Sequence record: KR014248
DNA from: Escherichia phage vB_EcoM_AYO145A
Direction: 5' to 3' (one strand)
DNA length: 64,000 nt
In this document: one piece after another, positions 27,358 to 35,699 of the stretch
Numbering within the stretch: position 1 is the stretch's first letter
How the letters are laid out: each line of letters opens with the position of its first letter
Translations under genes and position numbers: made by a program
The notes under the pieces: model-generated
Told to the model about the DNA's origin: nothing
Databases searched by the model: none
The model's input: the letters and a program-made list of their open reading frames with translations, nothing else

Positions 27358-27500
27358 ATTATCTTTGTAGATAAGTTATTAAGCTTACCTGTGAGTATGC
27401 GACCACAAAGGGTGAAAGGGTAAATTCTAGATTTAAACCCAACAAGGCACATCGCTACAGACCTTAAGCAAGTCTGGGTAGCTTATCTACAAAGATAATT
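27358..27500 (+). ncRNA. structured RNA candidate closed by a perfect 19-bp inverted repeat
   Basis: AATTATCTTTGTAGATAAG (27358-27376) is the exact reverse complement of CTTATCTACAAAGATAATT (27482-27500); internal CAGACcttaagcaaGTCTG hairpin. Confidence 0.35.
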
Positions 27501-27505
27501 TTAAT

Positions 27506-27581
27506 GGAAGTGTAGCAGAATGGTGATGCGGCAGACTTTTAATCTGACAGGCGATGGGTTCGAATCCCTCCACTTCTACCA
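27506..27581 (+). tRNA. tRNA-Lys(TTT)
   Basis: anticodon loop CTTTTAA; T-loop TTCGAAT; CCA. Confidence 0.65.
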
Positions 27582-27585
27582 ATAT

Positions 27586-27662
27586 GGTTCAGTCGCAGAT
27601 AAGGTAATGCAGGGGTCTCATAAGCCCTATGAATGTGGGTTCGATTCCCATCTGAACCTCCA
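27586..27662 (+). tRNA. tRNA-Met/Ile(CAT)
   Basis: acceptor GGTTCAG/CTGAACC; anticodon loop CTCATAA; CCA. Confidence 0.65.
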
Positions 27663-27663
27663 A

Positions 27664-27739
27664 GCTGGTATAGTTAAGAAGGTTATAACACTCCCCTGAT
27701 AAGGGAACATCGGTGGTTCGATTCCACCTACCAGTACCA
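27664..27739 (+). tRNA. tRNA-Ile(GAT)
   Basis: D-stem GTTA/TAAC; anticodon loop CTGATAA; T-arm GGTGGttcgattCCACC; CCA. Confidence 0.65.
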
Positions 27740-27754
27740 ATTTCAATAAAGTTG

Positions 27755-27783
27755 TTGACATTGAGATGTGACTACTTTATAGT
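27755..27783 (+). promoter_or_regulatory. sigma70-like promoter (TTGACA-N17-TATAGT)
   Basis: internal promoter inside the tRNA island. Confidence 0.5.
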
Positions 27784-27987
27784 AACCTTAGTTTTCGTTG
27801 CGTAGCGTCTATTTTGCAAATTTAAAATAAATGCAAACGACAATGTTTTTCTGGCAGTAGCTTGATAGGCTAAACACCAGTGAGGTCTTCCAATCCCTCA
27901 TCAAAGAATTTGGCGTACTCGCCCACGGTATGATTAATAAGGTGGGCATCTTTAAGGGCTTTCTAAGAGAGTCTTTAAAGATAATTA

Positions 27988-28069
27988 CGGGGCGTATCTC
28001 AGCGGTCTTCTAAACCGCCGTTAACCGAGTAAGTGGAGTATGCGGGTTCGAGTCCTGCCGCCTCGACCA
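27988..28069 (+). tRNA. tRNA-like, possibly Arg(TCT); non-canonical D region
   Basis: good acceptor (CGGGGCG/CGCCTCG), T-arm and CCA; GCGGTcttctaaACCGC fits an anticodon arm but leaves no room for a normal D-arm. Confidence 0.35.
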
Positions 28070-28211
28070 AATAGTTAGCAGATTACTTAGACGGTCTTAG
28101 CGGGTCTTCCTGTAGGGAGGTGGTCTGTATCTCATGTTTTCCAGAACATGTAAATAATCTGAGAAGGGGCTTTACAGTGTTGAGATAATACGGTAAGCTT
28201 CGAATTATAGT

Positions 28212-28294
28212 GTGGGACGATGTTAAGACTCTAAGGCATGAGCAACGGCTTCCAACACCGTTTCAAAGGGGTTCAACTCCTCCGTCCCATGCCA
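28212..28294 (+). tRNA. tRNA-like, possibly Trp(CCA); enlarged D region or anticodon loop
   Basis: acceptor GTGGGAC/GTCCCAT, T-loop TTCAACT, CCA; AACGG-cttccaaca-CCGTT contains CCA in a 7- or 9-nt loop. Confidence 0.35.
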
Positions 28295-28307
28295 AAGTCT
28301 TATTAGG

Positions 28308-28395
28308 GGTAGGTAGCGGCTAATGGTAGCCAAACTGTCTTGAAAACAGTTGCCACTGTAGAGATACGGTGAGGGTTCGACTCCTTTACTTACCG
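28308..28395 (+). tRNA. tRNA-Ser(TGA)
   Basis: class II: anticodon stem ACTGT/ACAGT, loop CTTGAAA, long variable arm; 3' CCA not encoded (GCCT). Confidence 0.65.
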
Positions 28396-28652
28396 CCTAA
28401 TAAGATTTAAAGCCAAGCTTCATTCGGATGTTGCTTTGGTATACCGCGTGTATTGTTGTACGCACTGATAAAGCACCTAGTAGGTGTCACGGAGAAGAGA
28501 TAATATCAAGCTCTCCAAAGGTTCTAGTCACCGGATTAAACAAGACTATGCAAAGACCTTTTTAGGTCTTTTTAGAGGGCTTCTAAGGTTATTACAGCTT
28601 GTTGTGGAACCTTGTTGCTTAGGTTCTTAGAAGTTCTCTAAAAAGACTTAAT

Positions 28653-28730
28653 GGGAGATTGACGGTAATTGGTAAACCTATCTCGCTTAGAACGAGATGT
28701 TTGAGGGTTCGAATCCCTTGTCTCCTACCA
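28653..28730 (+). tRNA. tRNA with anticodon TAG (Leu by anticodon; class-I-like shape)
   Basis: anticodon stem TCTCG/CGAGA, loop CTTAGAA; T-loop TTCGAAT; CCA; short variable loop. Confidence 0.5.
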
Positions 28731-28737
28731 AATTAAT

Positions 28738-28813
28738 GCAGGTGTAGCAAAATGGTTATGCGGCTGACTCTTAATCAGTAAGACGATGGGTTCAATTCCC
28801 TCCACCTGTACCA
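28738..28813 (+). tRNA. tRNA-Lys(CTT), tentative
   Basis: acceptor GCAGGTG/CACCTGT; anticodon loop CTCTTAA; weak T-stem; CCA. Confidence 0.5.
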
Positions 28814-28819
28814 AACAAT

Positions 28820-28895
28820 GGGGATGTAGTTTACATGGTTAAAACATAAGTTTTGCAAACTTAAGTACAGGGTTCAATTCCCTGCTTCTCCACCA
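28820..28895 (+). tRNA. tRNA-Ala(TGC)
   Basis: anticodon stem TAAGT/ACTTA, loop TTTGCAA; T-arm CAGGGttcaattCCCTG; CCA. Confidence 0.65.
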
Positions 28896-28901
28896 ATTAG
28901 T

Positions 28902-28976
28902 GCATCCATAGTTTAAACGGGAAAATTACAGTCTTCCAAACTGAGGTTGAGGGTTCGATTCCCTCTGGATGCTCCA
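28902..28976 (+). tRNA. tRNA-Gly(TCC)
   Basis: acceptor GCATCCA/TGGATGC; anticodon loop CTTCCAA; CCA. Confidence 0.7.
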
Positions 28977-28982
28977 AACAAT

Positions 28983-29059
28983 GCTGCTTTCGTATAATTG
29001 GCTATTACACATCCCTTGTAAGGATGGAAATGCAGGTTCGAGTCCTGTGAGCAGCACCA
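28983..29059 (+). tRNA. tRNA-Thr(TGT)
   Basis: anticodon stem CATCC/GGATG, loop CTTGTAA; CCA. Confidence 0.7.
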
Positions 29060-29062
29060 ATT

Positions 29063-29150
29063 CAGAGGTCAAGTGAAAGACCGCTTTGAGTCAACTGAAG
29101 ACCGTAACAAATTCCACGGAGTTGAGTTAGCGGCACAACTCCAGACCTCT
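29063..29150 (+). ncRNA. structured spacer element
   Basis: outer helix AGAGGTC/GACCTCT enclosing GGAGTTGagttagcggcaCAACTCC hairpin and a GAAGACCG box. Confidence 0.25.
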
Positions 29151-29155
29151 TTCAT

Positions 29156-29230
29156 ACTCGCTTAGTTTATATGGTAAAACATCACCCTTACAAGATGAAG
29201 AAAAAGGTTCAAGCCCTTTAGTGAGTACCA
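29156..29230 (+). tRNA. tRNA-Val(TAC)
   Basis: D-stem GTTT/AAAC; anticodon loop CTTACAA; CCA. Confidence 0.65.
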
Positions 29231-29231
29231 T

Positions 29232-29309
29232 GTTCCAGTATCCCAATTGGCAGAGGATGCAAGCTCAAACCTTGTATTAGTGACGGTTCGAATCCGTCTT
29301 GGAACACCA
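29232..29309 (+). tRNA. tRNA with anticodon CAA (Leu by anticodon)
   Basis: anticodon stem GCAAG/CTTGT, loop CTCAAAC; T-arm GACGGttcgaatCCGTC; CCA. Confidence 0.55.
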
Positions 29310-29314
29310 ATTTT

Positions 29315-29390
29315 GCAGGATTAGTTCAAATGGAAAGAGCAACAGTCTACGAAGCTGTTAATAGGGGTTCGAATCCCTTATCCTGCGCCA
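29315..29390 (+). tRNA. tRNA-Arg(ACG)
   Basis: acceptor GCAGGAT/ATCCTGC; anticodon loop CTACGAA; CCA. Confidence 0.7.
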
Positions 29391-29409
29391 ATTTAAAGAG
29401 GCTATTTAG

Positions 29410-29967
29410 ATGAGATATTTGAAGTATGCTTCATGGATTTTCTTAGCTTTGTTAGAGCCATTTGCAGCAATCTTAGCAGTTATCTTAGCACCTTTCGTAG
29501 TTCCATTCTACAGTGAGAAGAAAGGCCACTTACCTTTCGGATTTAGATGGATGGAGACCTATGACAACCCGATTGATGGTGATGAAGGCCACGTTAAAAG
29601 ATGGGCTAAGATTAGAAAGATTGGTAAGCTCGGTGTTTATATGCAGAGAGTTGGATGGCTCTGGAGAAACAAAGCTTATAACTTCTCTTACCATGTATTA
29701 GGAAGAGATGTAAAAGATGTTACTAAGTGGAAAGGTAATATCAACGTAAGTTCTAACCCTGAAGATAATCAGACAGGTTATCTCCTAATGTGGAACAGTA
29801 ATGCTTGGGGATTATTTGCTTTTATCCCATCTATTAAAGTCTTTGGTAAACAATTCTACTGGAGAATTTATGTTGGGTGGAAACTAAAAAGTGTTGTCCC
29901 AGAAGAAAGAGCATTCTCAAGGGAAAGAGTTATGTTGGCATTCTTTATTCATCCACTAAGAAAATAA
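29410..29967 (+). CDS. hypothetical membrane protein embedded in the tRNA island
   Basis: 185-aa ORF with N-terminal hydrophobic segment; flanked by tRNAs. Confidence 0.5.
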   Translation: MRYLKYASWIFLALLEPFAAILAVILAPFVVPFYSEKKGHLPFGFRWMETYDNPIDGDEGHVKRWAKIRKIGKLGVYMQRVGWLWRNKAYNFSYHVLGRDVKDVTKWKGNINVSSNPEDNQTGYLLMWNSNAWGLFAFIPSIKVFGKQFYWRIYVGWKLKSVVPEERAFSRERVMLAFFIHPLRK

Positions 29968-29975
29968 AGATTTAA

Positions 29976-30051
29976 AGGGGATTAGTTTACAAGGTTAAAA
30001 CCTCGGTCTTTGAAATCGAAGAAGTTGGTTCAATTCCAACATCCCCCGCCA
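29976..30051 (+). tRNA. tRNA-Gln(TTG)
   Basis: anticodon stem TCGGT/ATCGA, loop CTTTGAA; T-arm GTTGGttcaattCCAAC; CCA. Confidence 0.65.
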
Positions 30052-30053
30052 AT

Positions 30054-30132
30054 GCTCCATTACTCCAATTGGCAGAGAGGCCAGACTTAAAATCTGTGTT
30101 ATGTATCGGTTCGAATCCGATATGGAGTACCA
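30054..30132 (+). tRNA. tRNA with anticodon TAA (Leu by anticodon)
   Basis: anticodon loop CTTAAAA; T-arm ATCGGttcgaatCCGAT; CCA; 7-nt variable loop. Confidence 0.55.
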
Positions 30133-30137
30133 AATTT

Positions 30138-30213
30138 AGCGGTATAGCATAACTGGCAATGCAACAGTCTCTGAAGCTGTCCTATTAAGGTTCAAATCCT
30201 TATGCCGCTGCCA
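30138..30213 (+). tRNA. tRNA-Gln(CTG)
   Basis: anticodon loop CTCTGAA; T-arm TAAGGttcaaatCCTTA; CCA. Confidence 0.65.
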
Positions 30214-30244
30214 CTTCTAAGGGTTCTTACGAGAGTCCTTAAAT

Positions 30245-30320
30245 GTGGCCTTATCATAAAAGGTAATGACCCATGCTGTGAACATGGTCTATACGGGTTC
30301 AAATCCCGTAGGTCACCCCA
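30245..30320 (+). tRNA. tRNA-His(GTG)
   Basis: anticodon stem CCATG/CATGG, loop CTGTGAA; CCA. Confidence 0.7.
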
Positions 30321-30326
30321 ATTTAT

Positions 30327-30402
30327 AGTCCAAGTAGCTTATATGGTTAAAGCGCGTGTCTGAAAAACATGAGAAGAGGGTTCAAATCCCACTGGACTAC
30401 CA
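30327..30402 (+). tRNA. tRNA-Phe(GAA)
   Basis: D-stem GCTT/AAGC; anticodon loop CTGAAAA; T-loop TTCAAAT; CCA. Confidence 0.65.
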
Positions 30403-30418
30403 ATTTCAAAGGTGCTTA

Positions 30419-31153
30419 ATGAAAGAGATGACAGAACAAGGTAAGGAGATTTTTAATCTCTTAAAAACCGGTAAAGGGTTCTCTAACCCGCTTATTACTG
30501 GTGCAGCAGTTCTCGGTGGAACCGTAGCTGCTTCTACATCACTTGTAAGCTCTATTAGTTCTGTAACAGACCCTACAATGAAGGAGAAACTTGTTGCTGC
30601 TGGACTTACAACAGTCCTTTTAAACAGCTTTACAACAAGCCTTACAAGCACTACAGCAACTACTAAGACCCTAACAGACTACGGTCAAAAGTCTATTGAT
30701 GAGTTTTCATCACGTATGCAGGTAGCAAAGGGATACTCCAATGTTATGGGTGCAGTAGGAGAACAAGTTGGTTGTACACCATTCAGTGGTATTATGGGTG
30801 TTGCTACAGAGTATGGTCAAAAAGCTATTGACACAATTAACAGTGCACTAGACGGTGTTAATGATGTATTAAGTGACTTACAAGATGCTATTGATAAAGG
30901 TCTTGATACTGTTTCTGATTTAGCTAACCAAGCTGTTAGTAAGATTAATGAAGGTATCTCAAAGATTACAGCTTATGCAGATGAAGTTGTGCAGATGATT
31001 GAAGAAGAAGCTGCCCTTATTGCAGAGTACCTTAAAACAAATATCAATGGGTTCTTAGCAGGTATCTTACCAGACTGGTTTGATGATGCTTGTAAAACTG
31101 GTGTGATTGATACTATTGCAACACCAGAAATGAAGAACGCATTACAGAAATAA
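30419..31153 (+). CDS. hypothetical Ser/Thr/Ala-rich protein
   Basis: the ORF-track start at 30356 lies inside tRNA-Phe; first ATG after the tRNA is 30419; low-complexity N-terminal half. Confidence 0.5.
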   Translation: MKEMTEQGKEIFNLLKTGKGFSNPLITGAAVLGGTVAASTSLVSSISSVTDPTMKEKLVAAGLTTVLLNSFTTSLTSTTATTKTLTDYGQKSIDEFSSRMQVAKGYSNVMGAVGEQVGCTPFSGIMGVATEYGQKAIDTINSALDGVNDVLSDLQDAIDKGLDTVSDLANQAVSKINEGISKITAYADEVVQMIEEEAALIAEYLKTNINGFLAGILPDWFDDACKTGVIDTIATPEMKNALQK

Positions 31154-31154
31154 T

Positions 31155-31247
31155 GGAAGATTAACCCTAAAAGGTAAGGGAGCAGTTTGCTAAACTGCCA
31201 GTAGCTGAGAAATCGGTGTACCAGTTCAAGTCTGGTATCTTCCTCCA
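31155..31247 (+). tRNA. tRNA-Ser(GCT)
   Basis: class II, 93 nt: acceptor GGAAGAT/ATCTTCC, anticodon stem GCAGT/ACTGC, loop TTGCTAA, long variable arm; CCA. Confidence 0.65.
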
Positions 31248-31251
31248 ATTT

Positions 31252-31327
31252 GAATCCGTGACAGAAATGGCTATGTGCCTGTCTGCAAAACAGGTTTATA
31301 AGGGTTCGAGTCCCTTCGGATTCTCCA
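31252..31327 (+). tRNA. tRNA-Cys(GCA)
   Basis: acceptor GAATCCG/CGGATTC; anticodon stem CCTGT/ACAGG, loop CTGCAAA; CCA. Confidence 0.7.
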
Positions 31328-31489
31328 AGTTATTTTACTCTCTCTCAATTAAAATAATAATAATGCCCTGCTATAAGTATTCTTCCTTTCGCTACCGAAG
31401 AGTATTTTTAGACAGGGCTTTTTTACAGAGTTATACTTTATAGGAAGACTTATACAGTATGTCTCTGACGTACATTGTGGTTTCTCCTT

Positions 31490-31513
31490 GACGGTCTCTG
31501 TGCCGTCTTTTTT
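31490..31513 (+). terminator. rho-independent terminator
   Basis: GACGGtctctgtgCCGTC followed by TTTTTT. Confidence 0.6.
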
Positions 31514-31549
31514 AAGGGGAAACAATATTAATTATTTGGAGAAAACATA

Positions 31550-31750
31550 ATGAGTGAGAACGTTTATAAAGAACTTTATGAAGCTAACAAAAAGCTGGAA
31601 TTTATGCAGAACACTATCATGGCAATTGCAGACAGATTATCTGTAGCAACAGGTATTGATATCAAAGAGGCATCTATGGATGCACTTCTTGATGCTGTTG
31701 ATGCAAAGTTCGAAGTTAAGAAAGAAGAGACTGCTACAGACTCTGAATAA
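31550..31750 (+). CDS. hypothetical small protein upstream of terminase
   Basis: 66-aa ORF with GGAGAAAACATAATG RBS. Confidence 0.45.
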   Translation: MSENVYKELYEANKKLEFMQNTIMAIADRLSVATGIDIKEASMDALLDAVDAKFEVKKEETATDSE

Positions 31751-31771
31751 TTCTATTTGCGGAGGTGCTTA

Positions 31772-33373
31772 ATGGACTTAAATGCTGTTAAGCAGAAGCG
31801 AGTGGAAGATGTTAGGAAAGTCCTAGCTGGAGAGTTGGGGCTTTCTGATGAAGTAAAAGAAATTATCAAATCATTCGGTAAAGACCCCTCTAAATTCCTT
31901 CCAACTCAAATTCTGACTTTATTAAGATACACACCAGACCAAGTTAGACTTATCTTCAAATTGATGACTGATAAGAACTATGTAGCCCCTCAGCCGGGTT
32001 CTCAAGAGGTGTTTTTAAATACTAATGCTGACTTGGTTTTATATGGTGGTGCTGCTGGTGCTGGTAAAACTGCTGCATTGTTAATGGACTCTTTAAGATT
32101 TATTGAAGACCCTAACTATAATGCTGTATATTTCCGTCGAAATACAACACAGCTACAAGGTGGTTTATGGCCTGCTGCAAAGAAACTATTTGGTAAGTTT
32201 GGTGGGGTTCCTCACGAGCAGAAGATGACTATCACATTCCCTTCTGGGGCAACTATCAAGTTTACTTATTTAGAACTTGAAAAACACGCTGAAGGTCATC
32301 AGGGTATTGAATACTCAGCTATCTACTTTGACGAAGGTACACACTTCTCTGCCTCACAGATTTCATACCTACAGACCCGTCTACGTTCTGGTGCTGAAGG
32401 TGATTCATACATGAAGATTTCCATGAACCCAGACAGAGACCACTTCATTTATGATTGGGTAGAGCCATTCTTAGATGAAGAAGGTTACCCAGACCCTGAG
32501 AAATGTGGTCGTATTCGTTGGTATGTTATGAATGATGGTGTGATGGTTTCTGATTGGGAGAGAGACAAGATTCTTGAAATGTTTCCTCTTGAGATTCCTC
32601 AGACATACACCTTCATCTCTGGTACGATTGATGATAACCCAATTCTTGACTTCTTAGAACCTAAATATCGTGGTAAGTTGGAAAACAACACACCTGTAAA
32701 CGTTGCAAGACTTCGTTTCGGTAACTGGAAGGCTCGTGCAGAAGGTTCAAACTATTGGCAAAGACAATGGTGTGAGATTGTTGATTCACTCCCAGAAGAT
32801 GTGTTTGATGTCAGAGCATGGGACTTAGCAGCGACTTTACCATCTGAAATTAACCCTAACCCAGACTGGACAGCGGGTGTTAAGATGGGTAAATCTAAAA
32901 AAGACGGTTGCTATTATATCATTGATGTAGTAAGATTTAGAGATAGACCCTCTGGAGTCGAAACACAAATTAATTTGACTGCTGAAAGTGACGGTAAGCG
33001 AACTGGTATTTTTATCCCTCAAGACCCAGGCGCTGCTGGTAAATCCTATGCAACATCCCTCATCAGGAAACTTGCCGAGAAAGGTTATCGCGCAAGAGCT
33101 AAACCAACAAATAAAGATAAAGTTACCCGCTTTGCGGGATTTTCTGCTGCTTCTGAAGCTGGACTTGTAAAAGTCTTGAGAGGTAGTTGGAACGAAGCTT
33201 ACTTTCAAGAACTTGAAGGTTTTTGTGGTGATGGTAAAACTAAAGATGACCAAGTGGATGCTACCAGTGATGCTTTCAACAGTCTTAACGAAGTTAAATT
33301 ATTCAAGCCACCATCAATGGGTGCTCACACAGACTTAGTGAGAGGAAACCCATATGAGGGGCTTAGACGTTGA
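31772..33373 (+). CDS. terL: terminase large subunit
   Basis: Walker A LYGGAAGAGKTAA; GGAGG RBS before the ATG at 31772 (ORF-track start 31757 is a TTG). Confidence 0.8.
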   Translation: MDLNAVKQKRVEDVRKVLAGELGLSDEVKEIIKSFGKDPSKFLPTQILTLLRYTPDQVRLIFKLMTDKNYVAPQPGSQEVFLNTNADLVLYGGAAGAGKTAALLMDSLRFIEDPNYNAVYFRRNTTQLQGGLWPAAKKLFGKFGGVPHEQKMTITFPSGATIKFTYLELEKHAEGHQGIEYSAIYFDEGTHFSASQISYLQTRLRSGAEGDSYMKISMNPDRDHFIYDWVEPFLDEEGYPDPEKCGRIRWYVMNDGVMVSDWERDKILEMFPLEIPQTYTFISGTIDDNPILDFLEPKYRGKLENNTPVNVARLRFGNWKARAEGSNYWQRQWCEIVDSLPEDVFDVRAWDLAATLPSEINPNPDWTAGVKMGKSKKDGCYYIIDVVRFRDRPSGVETQINLTAESDGKRTGIFIPQDPGAAGKSYATSLIRKLAEKGYRARAKPTNKDKVTRFAGFSAASEAGLVKVLRGSWNEAYFQELEGFCGDGKTKDDQVDATSDAFNSLNEVKLFKPPSMGAHTDLVRGNPYEGLRR

Positions 33374-33389
33374 TAGCTAGGTGAGAAGA

Positions 33390-34856
33390 ATGGCAGAAAT
33401 TACAGAAACACAAGAAAGCTTACCACCATTTAGAATGGGTGAAGTAGGTTCTTTGGGTCTGAAGGTTAAGAATGGAAGAATCTATGAAGAACCTCGTCAG
33501 GCACTAAGGTTCCCTGAAAGTATTAAAACTTTCCAATTAATGATGCGTGACCCTGCTGTAGCAGCATCTGTAAATATTATTAAGATGTTTGTTAGAAAAG
33601 TTAACTGGAGATTTGTACCTCCAAAGGGAAAAGAGCAAGACCCTAAAATGCTTGAAAGAGCAGACTTCTTTAATTCTTTAATGGATGACATGGAGCATGA
33701 TTGGGCAGATTTTATTAATTCTGTAATGTCATTCTGCACTTATGGGTTCTGTGTTAACGAGAAAGTTTATAAGAAGCGACAGGGTAAAAAAGGAAAGTAC
33801 CAGTCAAAATTTGATGACGGTCTAATTGGGTGGGCTAAATTACCAATCAGAAATCAATCAACGCTTGATAAGTGGTATTTTGACGAAGACTTTAGAAAAG
33901 TTACTGGTGTCAGACAAAATCTAAGAAATGTTTCACATATTGCTGGAGCAATTAATCTTGGAGAAAGACCACTAACAAGAAAACTCCCACGAGCTAAATT
34001 CATGCTGTTTAAGTATGATGATGAGTATGGTAACCCAGAAGGTCGTTCACCATTACTTAATGCTTATGTACCGTGGAAGTATAAAGTACAGATTGAAGAG
34101 TATGAAGCTGTTGGTGTTTCAAGAGACTTAGTAGGTATGCCAAAGATTGGTTTACCACCAGATTATCTGGATGAAAATGCAGAACCTGAAAAGAAAGCTT
34201 TCGTACAATACTGCAAAACTGTTGTCAACGATATGATTGCTAATGACAGAGCAGGTTTAATCTGGCCTAGATATATCGACCCAGATACTAAAGAGGATAT
34301 TTTCGAGTTCTCATTAGTTTCTAGACAGGGTGCTAAAGCATACGATACAGGTTCTATTATTGACAGGTATTCCAAGCAGATTATGATGGCATTTATGTCA
34401 GATGTTCTTGCTATGGGTCAGTCAAAATACGGTTCATTCTCTCTTGCAGATTCTAAGACAAGCTTATTAGCGATGTCAGTAGATATTCTGCTGAAGCAAA
34501 TTAAGAACGTAATTAACCGTGACTTAGTTGCACAGACTTATGCTCTTAATATGTGGGATGATGAAGAACATGTACAAATCACATATGATGATATCGAAAC
34601 TCCAGACCTTGAAGCAATTGGTTCTTATATTCAGAAGACTGTTGCAGTAGGTGCTTTGGAAGTTGACAAAGAGCTATCTAACAAGCTTAGAGAGCATATT
34701 GGTCTTCCTCCTGCTGATGAGTCTCAACCAGTATCTGAAAAGCTTTCTCCAAATAGCCAAAGCCGTTCAGGAGATGGTTATAAGACCGCTGGAGAAGGTA
34801 CTGCAAAGACACCTTCAGCGAAAGACCCAAGCACAGCAAATAAGGCAAATAAATAA
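33390..34856 (+). CDS. putative portal protein
   Basis: about 490 aa immediately downstream of terminase; ATG at 33390 preferred over the GTG at 33381. Confidence 0.55.
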   Translation: MAEITETQESLPPFRMGEVGSLGLKVKNGRIYEEPRQALRFPESIKTFQLMMRDPAVAASVNIIKMFVRKVNWRFVPPKGKEQDPKMLERADFFNSLMDDMEHDWADFINSVMSFCTYGFCVNEKVYKKRQGKKGKYQSKFDDGLIGWAKLPIRNQSTLDKWYFDEDFRKVTGVRQNLRNVSHIAGAINLGERPLTRKLPRAKFMLFKYDDEYGNPEGRSPLLNAYVPWKYKVQIEEYEAVGVSRDLVGMPKIGLPPDYLDENAEPEKKAFVQYCKTVVNDMIANDRAGLIWPRYIDPDTKEDIFEFSLVSRQGAKAYDTGSIIDRYSKQIMMAFMSDVLAMGQSKYGSFSLADSKTSLLAMSVDILLKQIKNVINRDLVAQTYALNMWDDEEHVQITYDDIETPDLEAIGSYIQKTVAVGALEVDKELSNKLREHIGLPPADESQPVSEKLSPNSQSRSGDGYKTAGEGTAKTPSAKDPSTANKANK

Positions 34857-35356
34857 TGGCTGAAGTTATCTCTATTTCAAATGCTACACGAGTGCATTCG
34901 TATAGAGGTGTTCTTATCGTCACTGACAAATTATCTGTAGAGGCTGGCTCAAGGGTCAGCCTTTCAGGTTATGTAAGTGATGGTGGAACCTCTGACGTTT
35001 TCACTATTTGTAGGTTACTTGATGCACCAATGAGTGGAAAACCGTTTATTTTAGGAAATTGTAGTGAAATTGTTAAAATTCCATTTGACAGTTCATGCCT
35101 TTTGGGTGTAAAGTTATATAACTGCGAGAATAAACGTATCAATGTTAATAGCATTGAAGCCGCTTTCATTATCCTCGATACTGCATTTCAATCTCCAATG
35201 ACAGTTAATAAAGAAACAAACAGACTTGAATACATTTTTTCACAAAATGATTACAAAGTACTTGTCAAAGGTAAAGTATATGATATGATTGTAAATGTGG
35301 TAGATGAATCTGGTAACCATTCAACAGTCCTTAAACAAAAAGTAAGGTTTAATTAA
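34856..35356 (+). CDS. hypothetical protein
   Basis: 166-aa ORF, ATGA-coupled to portal. Confidence 0.5.
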   Translation: MAEVISISNATRVHSYRGVLIVTDKLSVEAGSRVSLSGYVSDGGTSDVFTICRLLDAPMSGKPFILGNCSEIVKIPFDSSCLLGVKLYNCENKRINVNSIEAAFIILDTAFQSPMTVNKETNRLEYIFSQNDYKVLVKGKVYDMIVNVVDESGNHSTVLKQKVRFN

Positions 35357-35688
35357 TGGGAACATTAACTATTGATGGTAAGAATAAAATCCTCGCCACG
35401 CTAACCCCAACGACTATTATTTTACACAATGTAGACCCAACGGCAGACCCTACAGCAAATAAGGTTACTCAGCCAGTGGCTATTTATTTTTCTGAACCGG
35501 ATAATGGCTTAATTGCCTCAGAAGATACAGTTAACATTACTGTTCCAGCTTCTGCAACGGTCTCACACTATAGCTTGTGGGATGCTAACGATAAATGCGT
35601 GGCAACTGGTGCTCTTAGCAAACCTCAATTCTTTGCTGAAGAAGGTATCTATGTTATCTCTTCAGTCTCTGTAGATTTAAACAAATAG
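35356..35688 (+). CDS. hypothetical protein
   Basis: 110-aa ORF. Confidence 0.5.
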   Translation: MGTLTIDGKNKILATLTPTTIILHNVDPTADPTANKVTQPVAIYFSEPDNGLIASEDTVNITVPASATVSHYSLWDANDKCVATGALSKPQFFAEEGIYVISSVSVDLNK

Positions 35689-35699
35689 GGTGAGTAAAA

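Noticed and set aside
30356-30418. ORF-track start of the 30356..31153 CDS
   Set aside because: The first 60 nt coincide with tRNA-Phe (30327..30402); the CDS is called from the ATG at 30419 instead.
31216-31443. 75-aa ORF on the plus strand
   Set aside because: Overlaps tRNA-Cys (31252..31327) and a terminator hairpin; no RBS.
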